DNA of 64,000 bases from Octopus vulgaris (taxonomy: Eukaryota). The stretch spans positions 67,766,001 to 67,830,000 of the forward strand of contig OX597833.1 of assembly GCA_951406725.2 (NCBI GenBank), in the 5' to 3' direction. The stretch's first letter is position 1; the number at the start of each line of letters is the position of its first letter. The notes under the pieces were generated by a model. The model was not told the origin of the DNA. It was given only the letters and a program-made list of their open reading frames with translations, and ran no database searches. Positions 14,733 through 27,550 of this stretch are shown in pieces. A program made the position numbers and the translations under genes.

Positions 14733-15796
14733 ATATATATGAGAGAAAGAAAGGTGTATATGCACAGCCGTGGTTCAGTGATAAGCTTGCTTCTCAGCCA
14801 CATGGTTCTGAGTTCAGTCCTTGAGCAAGTATCTTTATACATATATATATAATGTACACACACATAGGACGAGCTTTCCTTTGTTTTCCCTCGAGCAAAT
14901 TCAAAACATAAGACTTTGCTCGGCCCAGGGTTATAGTCGAAGACAATTGCCTAAAATGCAACGCAGTAGATTGAAAGTACAACCAAATGGCCGAGAAGTA
15001 AACTTCTTACCACATAGCTATAATGTGCCTGCATGTATGATTGACAACCAGTGTTAGTTTGTTTACGTCCCCGTGTTGTAGCGTTTTCAGAAATAATGTA
15101 TTATCACCAGACTTTGAAAACAAAAAAAATGGAAGTCCTGGGGTCGATGTTTTGGACTAATCTCTTGAAGGCAGTGCTCCAGCGTGGCAGCAGTTCAGTG
15201 TCTGTAACAACGAATAGTTCAGAGATGCGTGGGTGGCAATTTTTCCGCTTTATATTCCTCTCTGCATCGCCAAACGAGTGCGCGCCCCGTGTGTGTGTGT
15301 GTGTGTGTGTGTGCGATTAATAGTTGGAAGAACTTAGAGCGATCCACGGGCCGAGAGTTTGTGTATTTGTAGTCAGCAAATCACGAAACTCTCGGCTCTT
15401 GAACCAATGTGTAACTTCTTCCGATTATAAATAATAGAAAAAGTATGTAGACTTATGCTTTGAGTTCTATTTTCATCACCAAATGTAGACAAACATGTTA
15501 TGTAGAAAGGTGCGTATGTGTGTAAATATCTACATACATATATATACATATATATTTATATTATGTAGTATGTATATATAAAGATATGAGGCTTGTGCGT
15601 TTGGATAAGTTACATCATATTTCGTATGGCAAGGATGGAATGCATCTAATGTTTTTGGCTCGTCCCTTCGTCTATAGTAAAACTTTCCATTTCTAAAATT
15701 AGGCGCGAAAAGTTTTTTTCCTTTTTTTCACTTTCTGCCCGAGCCATACGATCTTTATCAAAGAAGCGAAACACACCCACGTATACATACACACAC

Positions 15797-15829
<33 letters not shown>

Positions 15830-16282
15830 GTTGACTATTATCCAGTTTTAACTTCTACAATCAAAACTAAATTACTTTTATTCTATCGTCTGCTTCTTTC
15901 AGTTACTGCTGCGAAAAAGAAATATATTTTCTTTTACTCTCTCTCTTTCATTTTCCTTCTCTCTTTTACTCTATCTTTTACTCTTTTTCGCTCTCTCTCT
16001 CTCTCTATTTACCTCACTCTGTCTCATAGTTTCTCTCTTACTCATAGTCATGCTGTTTCTCGTTCTCTCTCTCTCTCTTTCTCTCTCTCTCTTATAATAA
16101 ACTTTCTTTTAACTTTTTACTCTCTCCATCTCCATCTTAAGTACTTCTATTATTGTCTCCAACTCGTTTAGGAAAAGTTCGCAGTATTTCGAATTTCTAT
16201 GATCTGTAAATCTTTTTTACTTTATTTTGTTTTAATATTCCGTTCCTTGTCTCTCTCTTTATTTCTTTTTTTACTCTTTTAT

Positions 16283-16363
<81 letters not shown>

Positions 16364-17449
16364 ATCTCTCTCGCCTCTCTTTATCTCTCTCGCCTCTCTT
16401 TATCTCTCTCGCCTCTCTTTATCTTTCTTGCCTCTCTTTATCTCCCCCGCTCCTCCCTCTCTCTCACTAAACAGAACAGGAGATACGTGGGATGGTGTAT
16501 CCATCTCACTATCCCTCAACCTATCCCACATCACTCTCTCCTTATCTTTCTCTCTCTCACTCCATCCATCCATCCAAGTTTGTACTAAAAGTTCGCTACA
16601 TTTCATATTCCCTTACACCACTATTCCCTTATTCTCTCATTCCCTCTAATCTTATTAACTATCTCATCTCCTTCCGAATCCCTTCCCTTCCTTATAAAAT
16701 ACATCCAGGATTCCATCACATAAAAACTACTGTTATTTCTTTTGATAAACTTATGTTGCTGTTGTTGTTGTTGTTGCTGACATTTTCTGTTACAGTAAAT
16801 GTTTTTGTGTTTTTTTTATATATCTTATATTGGTGGTATTTTTGTTGTATTCGGAGTGGTGGTGGTCATTTTTGGCGTCGGTGCCTCGTTGTTGTTGTTG
16901 TTCTTTTAGCCCTAGGTGAGTCCTGATTAGTGAGGCATAGGAACATGGTCGTTTCAACCATAATTAAATCACCTCATATTTAAGACATCGTCTATCAAGG
17001 AATACACTAATCAACATGTTCTTCCTTTAATTTAAAGCAAGTTTTACAATTTGAGGGATATTTGTCTGCTATGTTTGGTTCGTTTACCAACAGGTCCGCC
17101 ACTGATGGAGCGGAATTATGATCAAAGGAATCTGGAAGCCGACCATAGTCATCCGCTCCTTCATCGAGAAATAACGTATCTTGGAGTACATTCTAGAATG
17201 TGCCCTGCCTGTAATAATAAGTAGAATGTGCGGTTTGAGGTTGACCCCGTTGTTATTTCTAGCAGCCGGTGTGACTACGTAGAAGCACACTTTCGTATCT
17301 CATATTCTTTATATGAGGAAGATTGACGTTTATTTTCCCAACACAAAAGAAATCCCCCAATCTCTCTCTCTCTCTTTCAATTTCGCTTTTGTCTCTATGA
17401 TTCTTTATCAACTTATCCTCACATCTTTCTTTGTTCCTCTCTAATTATC

Positions 17450-17485
<36 letters not shown>

Positions 17486-17619
17486 ACTCTCCACGTCTCA
17501 TATATTTCTCTCTAGTTCTGAATTTATATTAACCGCTACAGTATAATTGTGCTAAGCACTACACCAGTCCGTTAAATATGTTACACTTCTAATCTCATTC
17601 TATTCATACCTCAATCAGC

Positions 17620-17884
17620 TTCTCTCTCTTTCTATTTGTATCTCTCTCTCTCTCTGTCTCTCTCTCTCTGTTTGTCTTACGTTGTCTATCAGTCTGTCTT
17701 TCTGTTTCTCTCTCTCTCTCTCTGTATCTCTATTTGTCTCTCTATTTGTCTATGTCTCTCTCTGTCTCTGTGTCTGTCTCTGTGTCTCTCTCTGTGTCTC
17801 TGTCTCTGTCTGTCTGTCTCTCTGTGTCTCTCTCTCTCTGTCTCTCTCTCTGTGTCTCTCTGTGTCTCTCTCTGTGTGTCTCTC

Positions 17885-17923
<39 letters not shown>

Positions 17924-18072
17924 CTCTCTCTGTCTCTCTCTCTCTCTCTCTGTCCCTCTCTGTGTCTCTGTCTCTCTCTGTCTCTCTGTCTCTCTGTCTC
18001 TCTCTCTCTTTGTCTTTATTTGTCTATCGGTCTGTCTCTCTGTCTCTCTCTGTGTCTCTCTCTATCTCTCTG
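17620..18072. repeat. (TC)n/(TG)n compound microsatellite
   Basis: Directly visible. Confidence 0.95.
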
Positions 18073-18398
18073 TAATAAACAAATATATATATCTATATTG
18101 TACAAAGCATCTTTCCATCTCATTCATTCATTCATACCTTGCTAGTGCTCTCCCACCGCACCTCGCCACGCCACCCTCTCTCTCTCTCTATTTCACACTT
18201 ACACCACTCCTTATTGCAATTCACATTCATTGTGCAACAATGCATGATTGCAGGTGCATCTCAACTCTCTCTCTGCCAAAACTAGTATTTCATAAATGTA
18301 CAACACGGCGGAATGCAGCGGCTTGCGTGTTTCTTCGCCGCTTTTCTGCCTTTAACTACAGAGATGCAATTATCGACATCCCTATATATTTGTGTGTC

Positions 18399-18427
<29 letters not shown>

Positions 18428-18429
<2 letters not shown>

Positions 18430-18896
18430 GTGTGTTGTAAGTCATAGATGTGTGTATATATGTGTGTTGTAAGTCATAGGTGTATGTATATATATATATA
18501 TGTGTGTTGTAAGTCATAGATGTGTGTATATATGTGTGTTGTAAGTCATAGGTGTATGTATATATATATATATGTGTGTTGTAAGTCATAGATGTGTGTA
18601 TATATGTGTGTTGTAAGTCATAGATGTGTGTATATATGTGTGTTGTAAGTCATAGATGTGTGTATATATGTGTGTTGTAAGTCATAGATGTGTGTATATA
18701 TGTGTGTTGTAAGTCATAGATGTGTGTATATATGTGTTGTAAGTCATAGATGTGTGTATATATGTGTGTTTTAAGTCATAGGTGTATGTATATATATATA
18801 TATATGTGTGTGCGTGTTGTAAGTCATAGGTGTATGTATATATATATATGTGTGTGTGTGCGTGTTGTAAGTCATAGGTGTGTATATATGTGTATG

Positions 18897-18932
<36 letters not shown>

Positions 18933-18952
18933 CGTGTTGTAAGTCATAGGTG

Positions 18953-18990
<38 letters not shown>

Positions 18991-19047
18991 CGTGTTGTAA
19001 GTCATGGGTGTGCATATATATGTGTGTGTGTGTTGTAAGTCATAGGT
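18428..19047. repeat. Minisatellite: 16 copies of core GTTGTAAGTCATAG with microsatellite spacers
   Basis: 16 cores counted; central units are 32 bp, outer units have longer spacers. Confidence 0.92.
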
Positions 19048-19384
19048 ATGTGTATATGTATATACATGCGTGTGTTTGAATGGTTAGGGTTGTGTTATAT
19101 AGGTATGTAAATGGTGTGAGCGCAAAAGGTGTAGAAAAATGCTAAATGATGTGCGTGATTCGGTGTGTATATATATGTATATATATATATATATTGTATT
19201 GTTAATATCTATTTGTATGCAAGTATAAACGCGAACAAAGAAGACGCACACAAATAGGTATCTTTGTATGCATACACATAGATGTACATACTTATATGCA
19301 CACACATCAATGCGTATCTAAATAGCATGAAGAATAATTTCGTATAACTTAACGTGTATATATTTTTTTTTTTTTTTTTTTTTT

Positions 19385-19599
19385 TTGTACTTGTTTCAGT
19401 CATTTGACTGCGGCCATGCTGGAGCACCGCCTTTAGAGTGGTGAAAGAGTACAGCAGGGATCACCACCATCCCCTGCCGGAGCCTCGTGGAGCTTTTAGG
19501 TGTTTTCGCTCAATAAACACACACAACGCCCGGTCTGGGAATCGAAACCGCGATCCTCCGACCGCAAGTCCGCTGCCCTAACCACTGGGCCATTGCGCC
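19385..19599 (-). mobile_element. Juxtaposed SINE pieces: family 1 tail (19385-19435) and family 3 5' half (19436-19599)
   Basis: Matches 13290-13340 and 47430-47593 respectively. Confidence 0.85.
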
Positions 19600-19729
19600 T
19601 ATATTTGTGAATGTTTTGTCTTAATTACACACATACACGTATACACACACGTTTTCGCGCGCATATGTAGTCTGCGAGTTGGAATTTGAAATATGGCTTC
19701 TTTCAAATATATGGTAACACTACACACAC

Positions 19730-19779
<50 letters not shown>

Positions 19780-19883
19780 ACACACACACACACACAAAAT
19801 GTGCATCAACGCGAGTACCAGAGTATAATGTTTGCATTAGTTTGTCTGTCTTCCTGTCTATAATGTGTCTTCCAGTATCTGTA

Positions 19884-19918
<35 letters not shown>

Positions 19919-20322
19919 ATGTATGTATAATGTGTGTGTGTGTGTGTGTGTATGCAAGGAAGTTTTGGTATCAGCCGGTCGGTACCGGTTCTGCTAAAAG
20001 TATTAAAGGTATCGGCCGCCATTCAAGTGTCGGATAACCAGCCTAACGATCGCTTAGTATGTGCTGTCAGCAACGGGTAGAAAACGGGGTGGAAGTGTTG
20101 AAGAGAAAGATGATGTCTGGGGAGGTGGTGTTCGGCTGTGTTGGCGGGAAAGGCACGTGTAGATCGCTTCATGTTTCTGGGTGTAGGAGGGGGGTATGAT
20201 GTTTATTTGTCTTCTTGTCTTTGTGTCTCTAGTTGTATATCTGCGTTGATTTCCATGTGTCTGTTTATCTGTATACCTGGGTCTCTGTCTATACTTCTCG
20301 CTCTCTTTCTTTCTCTCTCTCC

Positions 20323-20354
<32 letters not shown>

Positions 20355-20356
<2 letters not shown>

Positions 20357-20610
20357 CATCATCATCATCGTTTAGCGTCCGCTTTCCATGCTAGCATGGG
20401 TTGGACGGTTCAAATGGGGTCTGGGAAGCCAGAAGGCTGCACCAGGCCCAGTCTGATCTGGCAATGTTTCTACGGCTGGATGCCCTTCCTAACGCCAACC
20501 ACTCCGTGAGTGTAGTGGGTACTTTTTACGTGCCACCGACACAGGTGCCAGACGCGTCTGGCAAACGACCACGATCGGATGGTGCTTTTTATGTGCCACC
20601 GGCACAAGGG
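20355..20610 (-). mobile_element. 3' portion of a SINE with RTE-type tail ending in (GAT)n
   Basis: Minus strand ggttggcgttaggaagggcatccagccgtagaaac...cccatgctagcatggaaagcggacgctaaacgatgatgatg. Confidence 0.8.
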
Positions 20611-20910
20611 CCAGGCGCGCCGAGATCGACTTTGTCTTTCATCTTTTCGGGGTCGATTGAATAAGTACCGACTTAGTCCGTTTGTCTGTCCTTGTTTGTT
20701 CCCTCTATGTTTAACCCCTTGTGGGCAATAAAGAAATAATATATATATTATTCAAAGGAATTCCAACTCTGTTTTTTTTTTTTATATTCTTTATAATATT
20801 AATGTAGAATATAGAATATATAGTATAAATAATATATACATATATAGTAAAATGAAATGAAGTATTGATTGTCTTATTGAAAAGATGAAATATTGAATAT
20901 CAAATATTAA

Positions 20911-20954
20911 GGGACTAGTATACTTTCTTGCATTTAAGCAGCCTTCGAGGTCCC
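20911..20954 (-). ncRNA. Minimal hammerhead-like motif with variant core
   Basis: Minus: GGGAC-CTCGAAGG-CTGC ttaaat GCAA-GAAAG-TATA-CTA-GTCCC; perfect stem I, palindromic stem III AGTATACT; inside a fragment bounded by (TA)n. Confidence 0.55.
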
Positions 20955-21009
20955 AGGTTGTGACAATGCACACTCTCTTTCTGTGTGTGTATATATATAT
21001 ATATATATA

Positions 21010-21107
21010 TTGTTTTATTTATATTTCCTGAGCGCCATACTAATACAATTGTTCGTTTGTTTTCCACCTGCCTTCGTCTTTTGTTTATTTTCATAAAGCT
21101 TCCCGTT
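21010..21107 (+). mobile_element. Solo 3' piece of pseudo-LTR family B inside (TA)n
   Basis: Reverse complement of ~35294-35391. Confidence 0.85.
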
Positions 21108-21149
21108 ATATATATATATATATATATATACTGTACATATTTAATCTTT

Positions 21150-21312
21150 AAATTGTTTGTCATTTGACTGTGGCCATTCTGGGGCACCACCTTAAAGGGT
21201 TTTTAGTCGAACAATTCACCCCCTGGACCTATTCTCTTAAAGCATAGTACTTTATCGGACCATTTTGCCGAACCGCAATGTTACGGAGACATAAACACAT
21301 TAACATCGGTTG
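21150..21312 (-). mobile_element. SINE family 1 3' part
   Basis: Homologous to the 13200-13340 region in reverse orientation. Confidence 0.8.
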
Positions 21313-21457
21313 AAAAATTTACAATTTGTAAAACAGGATGTTGTGCCTTGAATAGAAAAGAATTTGCAATACGAACGATGACTACCCAAGGTTAATTACG
21401 GAGAACCCCATCGAAAAATACGTTAGAAATGAGAACCCAGGTTCGAAATTTCCGCAA

Positions 21458-21503
21458 GACACCTGATGAAGGCTGGAGAGTATATCAGCCGAAATGTTGT
21501 GTT
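21458..21503 (+). ncRNA. Minimal type I hammerhead with loopless stem III, in a Penelope-like pseudo-LTR (~21313-21582)
   Basis: GACAC-CTGATGA-A-GGCTG gagagtatat CAGCC-GAAAT-GTT-GTGTT; 5-bp stem II, stem I GACAC/GTGTT. Confidence 0.8.
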
Positions 21504-22189
21504 AACAACAAACAAGATGAGGACAAATATCCGTCAAATGTCAATAATGTAAATAATTCCTCATCTCCTTTATATAGAACTATACCAATAATTATTGGTG
21601 AACATGAATATGCGAATAAATACCCAAGTGATAATCAGGAAAAGCTAGGGTTTCAAGAAAATCAAACCAATTAGCTAATTAGCTAATTACTCCAAGTGCA
21701 ATCTGTAAGTGGAACTTTGAAAGTACGCAAGATTTTTTTAGTTCAAAATGTAATATCTATATTCCAGCGATGGACTTTTGTATCGTTGTTAGAAATCATC
21801 TCTTTATTTAGAAGATGACTTCAAATGATTTAGAATAGAAAACGTACAAACATACATACATGGGACCTTCAGTTTCTATACCTAGATTATATACTCACAT
21901 TAGTTCGTGGTTTTAGTTTTGTAAGTAAATGCCCGGATGTTGATCTCCGTCACCTGCGGTTTTCAGAAAAAATGAAATCAAGCAGCGGACATTATAGATA
22001 CACCCTGTCAATGGAATAGTAAGAATATGCAAGACTTTCCTGAAGTTCAACATGACATTGCGTTCGTCACTTCCGTACCAATAATGGGGCTTTGTATTTC
22101 TGTCAGAAACTAAATTCTCCATCAGACGAATAATTTGACTAATTAAAAATAGAAGAGCACGCACGCGCACGCACGCGCACGCACGCGCA

Positions 22190-22231
<42 letters not shown>

Positions 22232-22292
22232 CACAGATCATACAGGCTAATGACGGAAATAGTTGAAAATATAATCTCCAAAATCACGTAGC

Positions 22293-22336
<44 letters not shown>

Positions 22337-22395
22337 GAATGTATGTATGTGTGTGTGTGTGAAAATTAGTTGGTTGTCAATAAAACTCAAGGTTT

Positions 22396-22466
22396 GTCTT
22401 AATAACTGATGAGATGCCGGAGCAGGCTTCAACCCCGTCATCCGAAACAATGAGTTTTATTATGAC
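22396..22466 (+). ncRNA. Type I hammerhead ribozyme in a pseudo-LTR fragment (~22362-22566)
   Basis: GTC-T-TAATAA-CTGATGA-GATG c CGG..CCG t CATC-c-GAAAC-aatga-GTT-TTATTA-T-GAC; stem I 6+3 bp. Confidence 0.75.
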
Positions 22467-23074
22467 AACCAACGAATTGTCACATATTATATTTATAGAT
22501 AAATTCCTCGATTTACATAATATCGAGATCTCATTCATTCTTTTGTTGTCATATTATTACCATTAATATATATATATATATATATATATATTTGCGTGTA
22601 TATATTACGTATGTTGATTATAAGTTTTTCAGTAAACATATGAATCTATTTATGTTTGAGGCTAGATAAAGATGAAAACCTATATTTATGTAGAAGAGTT
22701 TTGGCGGGGAAGGTTTTGAGATAAATAGCATTTAGACGATATAAAATTGAAACATAACACATATGTTGCAGTTGTGTGTGTGTGTGTGTGTGTGTGGAAA
22801 TATGGTATTAATTAGTGTGTGAATGATAGTAAAAACATCTGTATGCCTCCAAGGAATATGCACCGTGTTTGGTGCAAACATAATGCATGGTTAATCCTGT
22901 CTTTGTTTCTATTCTTTTGCTTTTCTTTTCGGGTGGATGGAGAGCGATTAATACTTACCAAACATTTCACACACGCATACACACACAACGAACCTTGAAT
23001 GTCACGTGGGCAATTACAAAAATCTGAAATTTTACACCCTATTCTGGTACGTACATACGTATGTACGTACATGT

Positions 23075-23408
23075 GGAAGCGCAATGGCCCAGTGGTTAGG
23101 GCAGCAGACTCGCGGTCGTAGGATCACGGTTTCGATTCTAAGACCGAGCGTTGTGAGTGTTTATTGAGCGAAAACATTTAAAGCTTCACGAGAGCCCGAC
23201 AGGAGGTGTTGTAACGGTCCCTGCTTGTACTCTTTCACCACAACTTTCTGTTGGCCTGCTAGTTTCTTGTGTTGGCCTGCTAGTTTCTTCTGTTGGCCTG
23301 CTCGCTTAGCCAGCGGGGTGGCGTCATCTGAAGGCTAAAAAACAATGCGAAGCGCATTGTGACCAACGATATATAGCAACATCTGATAGCCTGGTCGGTC
23401 ACGGTGAC
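23075..23408 (+). mobile_element. Full-length tRNA-derived SINE family 3
   Basis: Head ggaagcgcaatggcccagtggttagggc...ggtttcgattc; tail ...ggtcggtcacggtga; inverted copy at 47290-47593. Confidence 0.9.
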
Positions 23409-23439
23409 ATGGTGGCGTACGTACTTACATATAGGCATA

Positions 23440-23661
23440 TACGTGGGAGTACTGAAGAGTTCCTAGCTTTAAGAGTATCGCGAGAGACCTGGCTGGATGT
23501 CCAGCATTCCAAGTTCTTTTACAGTGTTTAGAAAAAACCGAAAGACCACTGCAGTAAGTGTGTGAATCTGAGAGGGAAATATGTTCAATAAAATCTTAAT
23601 TAACTGATTCCTCTGTACTTTCTTTTACCCAGAGCCAAAGCACTTTTCAGCACCCCTCGTA
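23440..23661 (+). mobile_element. mariner-like MITE / deletion derivative
   Basis: Imperfect TIRs TA-cgtgggagtactgaagagt / acttttcagcacccctcg-TA; internal remnant translating KCVNLRGKYVQ*, like mariner transposase C-termini. Confidence 0.8.
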
Positions 23662-23711
23662 TGTATGTATGTATGTATGTATATATATATATGTATGTAT
23701 GTATGTATGTA

Positions 23712-23749
<38 letters not shown>

Positions 23750-24136
23750 CTAGTTTGTCGTGTGTGTATAACTAGTTTGTCATTGGACTGTCGCAATATG
23801 TTGACTAGTTAAGTTGAACACTTTTTCCCTCTCATGTATAGTCGATCGATCACTTCGGCCAAAATCGCCAACTTAGAGGAACCTGAACAAACCAACAATG
23901 GGTCTCTCTCTCTCTCTCTCTCTCTCTCTGACACACACATACAGACCCATGATGAGGTTCCACGGTGCTTCCCTCTACAAGATTCACTCACCAGGTATTG
24001 GTCTGCTTGCGGTTATAGTAGAAAACACTTGCTCGAGCTTCCAGCCTTTTGGAATCCACTCGGAACTTTTGGTTACAAAACCAGCTTCTTAATCTGTCTG
24101 CTATCCTATTTATGTGTATGTTTGTATGAAATATGT

Positions 24137-24179
<43 letters not shown>

Positions 24180-24181
<2 letters not shown>

Positions 24182-24317
24182 GTTAATCGAAACATGAAAA
24201 CACAACAACGCGAGGACGTGGAGCAAATATAGTATTATTGGACGCTCAGGAAGGAAGGGAAGAAGGAGGGTTTAACGTTTCGAGTGGAGCTCTTCATCGG
24301 AAACATAGGAGAAAGAA

Positions 24318-24320
<3 letters not shown>
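24180..24320 (-). mobile_element. Pseudo-LTR family A with hammerhead variant at 24270-24304
   Basis: Minus: GTTT-CCGATGA-A-GAG ctcca CTC-GAAAC-GTT-AAAC; second copy at 27551-27750. Confidence 0.75.
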
Positions 24321-24356
<36 letters not shown>

Positions 24357-24584
24357 TCACAATGTGGATATTACAATATTACAAGCTCTTAAAGGGATAT
24401 TTATATTTATCCAAGATACACTGGTTTAATATATTGAATTTTGGAAAGATAATTCTTCAATGAATATATTATATAGAATATCGGAATATCGTAAGATATC
24501 AAACATTTTTATTGAGTTAGAAAACATTAATTTCTATCCATTAGATCTCTGTTTTCTAACTCATATATTTATATATCTTTCTTT

Positions 24585-24913
24585 GACCCCCTTCGGTCAC
24601 GAATGACCATGGGATTGCACCTAGAGAGTTACCCTCTGAGGCACAAGTCTGGGCAAGGTTGTTTTATGGAAGACCAGCAGTCGCCCATGCATACCAGCCT
24701 CCCCTCTCCACGCCACCAGTGTTATCCAAGGGAAAGACAAAGGTCGATACAGCTTGGCACCAGTGACGTCACAACTCATTTCTACAGCTGAGTGAACTGG
24801 AGCAACGTGAAAATAAAGTGCCTTGCTCGAGAACACAACACGCAGCCCGGTCCGGGATTCGAGCTCACAACCTCACGATCGTAAGCTCGACGCACGCTCT
24901 AACCACTGAGCCA
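24585..24913 (-). mobile_element. Full-length tRNA-derived SINE family 4
   Basis: Minus head tggctcagtggttagagcg...gagctcgaatccc, central gagcaaggcactttatttt...tgctccagttcactcagctgtagaaatgag. Confidence 0.85.
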
Positions 24914-25102
24914 TATACATACATGCATATATTAGGAGCTGATGATTCAGTCATTAGTGTGTTTACCGTTATATGAGATGTTTCAGACGTCCCCGAAGGA
25001 GCAGGCACAGCGAGGAAAAATCTGAGTAACTACAGAGTGACTCATTAGTTTAGAACGAAGAAATAATTTCTCTACACATAAAAACATGTCTGCATGTGTT
25101 TC

Positions 25103-25197
<95 letters not shown>

Positions 25198-25459
25198 CAC
25201 ACATGTGGCAGTGTTTCTGCACTCGGTTCTAAATAATACCAAAGAAGCATCCAATTAATATATGCACACATTTAATACTCTGGTGTATATACCAGTAATT
25301 GTGTGTTTATTTACATGTTATATATATATAAATTGAAAGGGTGCGCATATTGGGATGTATCCATGTGCGCATGCGCTTGTGTATTTATATAGAGTTCTTA
25401 CTGTATCACTCACTCTCGCTGCCTCTTAGTTATTCTCTTTCTCTCTCTAGCTCTCTGTG

Positions 25460-25484
25460 TCTCTTGCTGTCCTGTCCTTCACCG

Positions 25485-25522
<38 letters not shown>

Positions 25523-25879
25523 CTATCTCTCTATCTCTCTATCTCTCTCTTGCTGTCCTCTCCTTCACCTCTCTCTCTATATATCTATCCATCTCTCTCT
25601 CTTGCTGTTCCGTCCTTCACCTCTCTCTATCTTTCCATCTACCTATCTCTCTCTCTCTCTCTTGCTGTTCCGTCCTTCACCTCTCTCTATCTTTCCATCT
25701 ATCCATCTCTCTCTCTCTCTTGCTGTTCCGTCCTTCACCTCTCTCTATCTATCCATCTACCCATCTCTCTCTCTCTTGCTGTCCTATCCTTCACCTCTCT
25801 CTCTCTCTCTGTCCATCTCTCTCTCTCTCTCTGTCCATCTCTCTCTCTCTCTCTCTCTGTCCATCTCTCTCTCTCTCTG

Positions 25880-25953
<74 letters not shown>
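25460..25953. repeat. ~60-bp minisatellite (cttgctgttccgtccttcacc core) decaying into (CT)n
   Basis: About 6 core copies. Confidence 0.85.
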
Positions 25954-25956
<3 letters not shown>

Positions 25957-26957
25957 GTGTTGCTAAGAACTTGGCTACGCTTTGGCAACGGGTTATTTCA
26001 GTCGTGCTGTTTTCTGTATTTGCGTCTGTTCATGCTTTCGATGATGATGATGATGATGATGGCGATGATGAGGGTGGAAGTGGTGGTGGTGATGGTAGAG
26101 ATGCAGATCTTGTTGCTCTTATTCCTATCCTTGTTACTTCTTCTAGTTATTGGTATTATTAATACCCTTGTTGTCTTCTTGACGTATTCACACACACACA
26201 CAAACACACGTGTGTGTGTGTGTGTGTGTGTGGTGTGTGTGTGTAGGTGTGTGTAGGTGTTTCTGAAACACACCCAGATATAATTTCACTTAAAAAAAAT
26301 CATTTATATATATATATGATAAAATAAAATAAAAAAAACAAAAACAAAGTTGGGGGAGAAAAACCTTAAAAAACAGCAGCAACACAGTACAGTGCGTATT
26401 GTATACAGGTTTAGTGACTACACCCGACAGGTGAGAAAAGCATTAACATTACCCACTCGACAATCATCAACCACCGTCTCCGCCAACGCTACCCGTATTT
26501 CTTTCACCACTGCTTCTGATAATCTCCACCGAAGCAACTTGGTACCACAAATAATGAAAAATGCATAGAAACCACCCCGCACCATCACGATTGTCTTACT
26601 CCCAACCACCGGCGCCGCCGCCGCCGCCGACGCCGTCGACACAGCAACCACTGCACGGTGATCATAATTCTTCATCAGTAGTGCCAAACTGCGATCCCCC
26701 ACCATCACCACCATCACTACCACCATCAGCGCACCTGCCTTCCATCATGAATTCCAGTACAACCACCAGCGACGGCAGCCCAGTGGCACCATCGCATCAT
26801 CAGCGCCAACAGCCATCTGTGTTTTATTACTGCGCTGCTGCGTCAACTACCTATCTTTGCTCACCACACACATGTGTTTACGTCCTTGCGTACTTTTGCA
26901 TTCACGCAGGCATGCGTAGGTAAACGTGTATTTCTATATATATATATATATACATAC

Positions 26958-27004
<47 letters not shown>

Positions 27005-27007
<3 letters not shown>

Positions 27008-27256
27008 TAATAAATAAAACATATGCATATATAAACATATGTATGTACCTACCTCTACATGTACATATACACGCATATATGAGTACAGGACACCAAAAAG
27101 ACGTCGAACACAATGAGAAACGAAGACATAGACACAAACCCAAGGAACTGGACATTTTTTTAAACAACAAAAAAATAGAGTACAGGACAATTAACACAAA
27201 GAAAAAAAACCCTTCTTCAATCGCTATGGTTTCATCTACTCTACGTTTCGAAGGTG
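27005..27256 (-). mobile_element. Pseudo-LTR family D copy with hammerhead 3' half (27230-27254)
   Basis: Reverse complement of 13634-13890. Confidence 0.8.
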
Positions 27257-27312
27257 ATATATATATATATATATATATATAAGCTGCAAAGACATCGCAA
27301 AAATTATCACAG

Positions 27313-27356
27313 AAACTGCTACTCAGAATTTCACGTACCCGTTCGTTAGATAGTTT
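27313..27356 (-). ncRNA. Degenerate minimal hammerhead in a ~90-bp fragment between (TA)n tracts
   Basis: Minus: AAACTAT-CTAACGA-ACG ggta CGT-GAAAT-tctga-GTA-GCAGTTT; G5 to A change, probably inactive. Confidence 0.6.
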
Positions 27357-27550
27357 TGAATGAGAATTTATATATATATATGTATAAAATATCATTAAAA
27401 TTCAGTTGAATTAAGTAGTTAAATTGAAGTACCTTGCAGGTTCGGTATAGTCCGCACACCTTCAAGTTAGATGAACAGAATGTAAATAAGAAGGATGTAC
27501 ATCCATAATGTATTGACACTTATACATCCTTGTCACTTATATATATATAT

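Noticed and set aside
18428-19047. CRISPR-like repeat-spacer appearance
   Set aside because: Spacers are (TA)/(TG) microsatellite rather than unique sequence; eukaryotic context and no cas genes
23075-23150. tRNA-like sequences here and at 24840-24913, 38398-38470, 47520-47593
   Set aside because: They are SINE heads continuing into SINE bodies, not standalone tRNA genes
24939-24945. CTGATGA heptamer
   Set aside because: No stem II, GAAA or stem I partner found nearby
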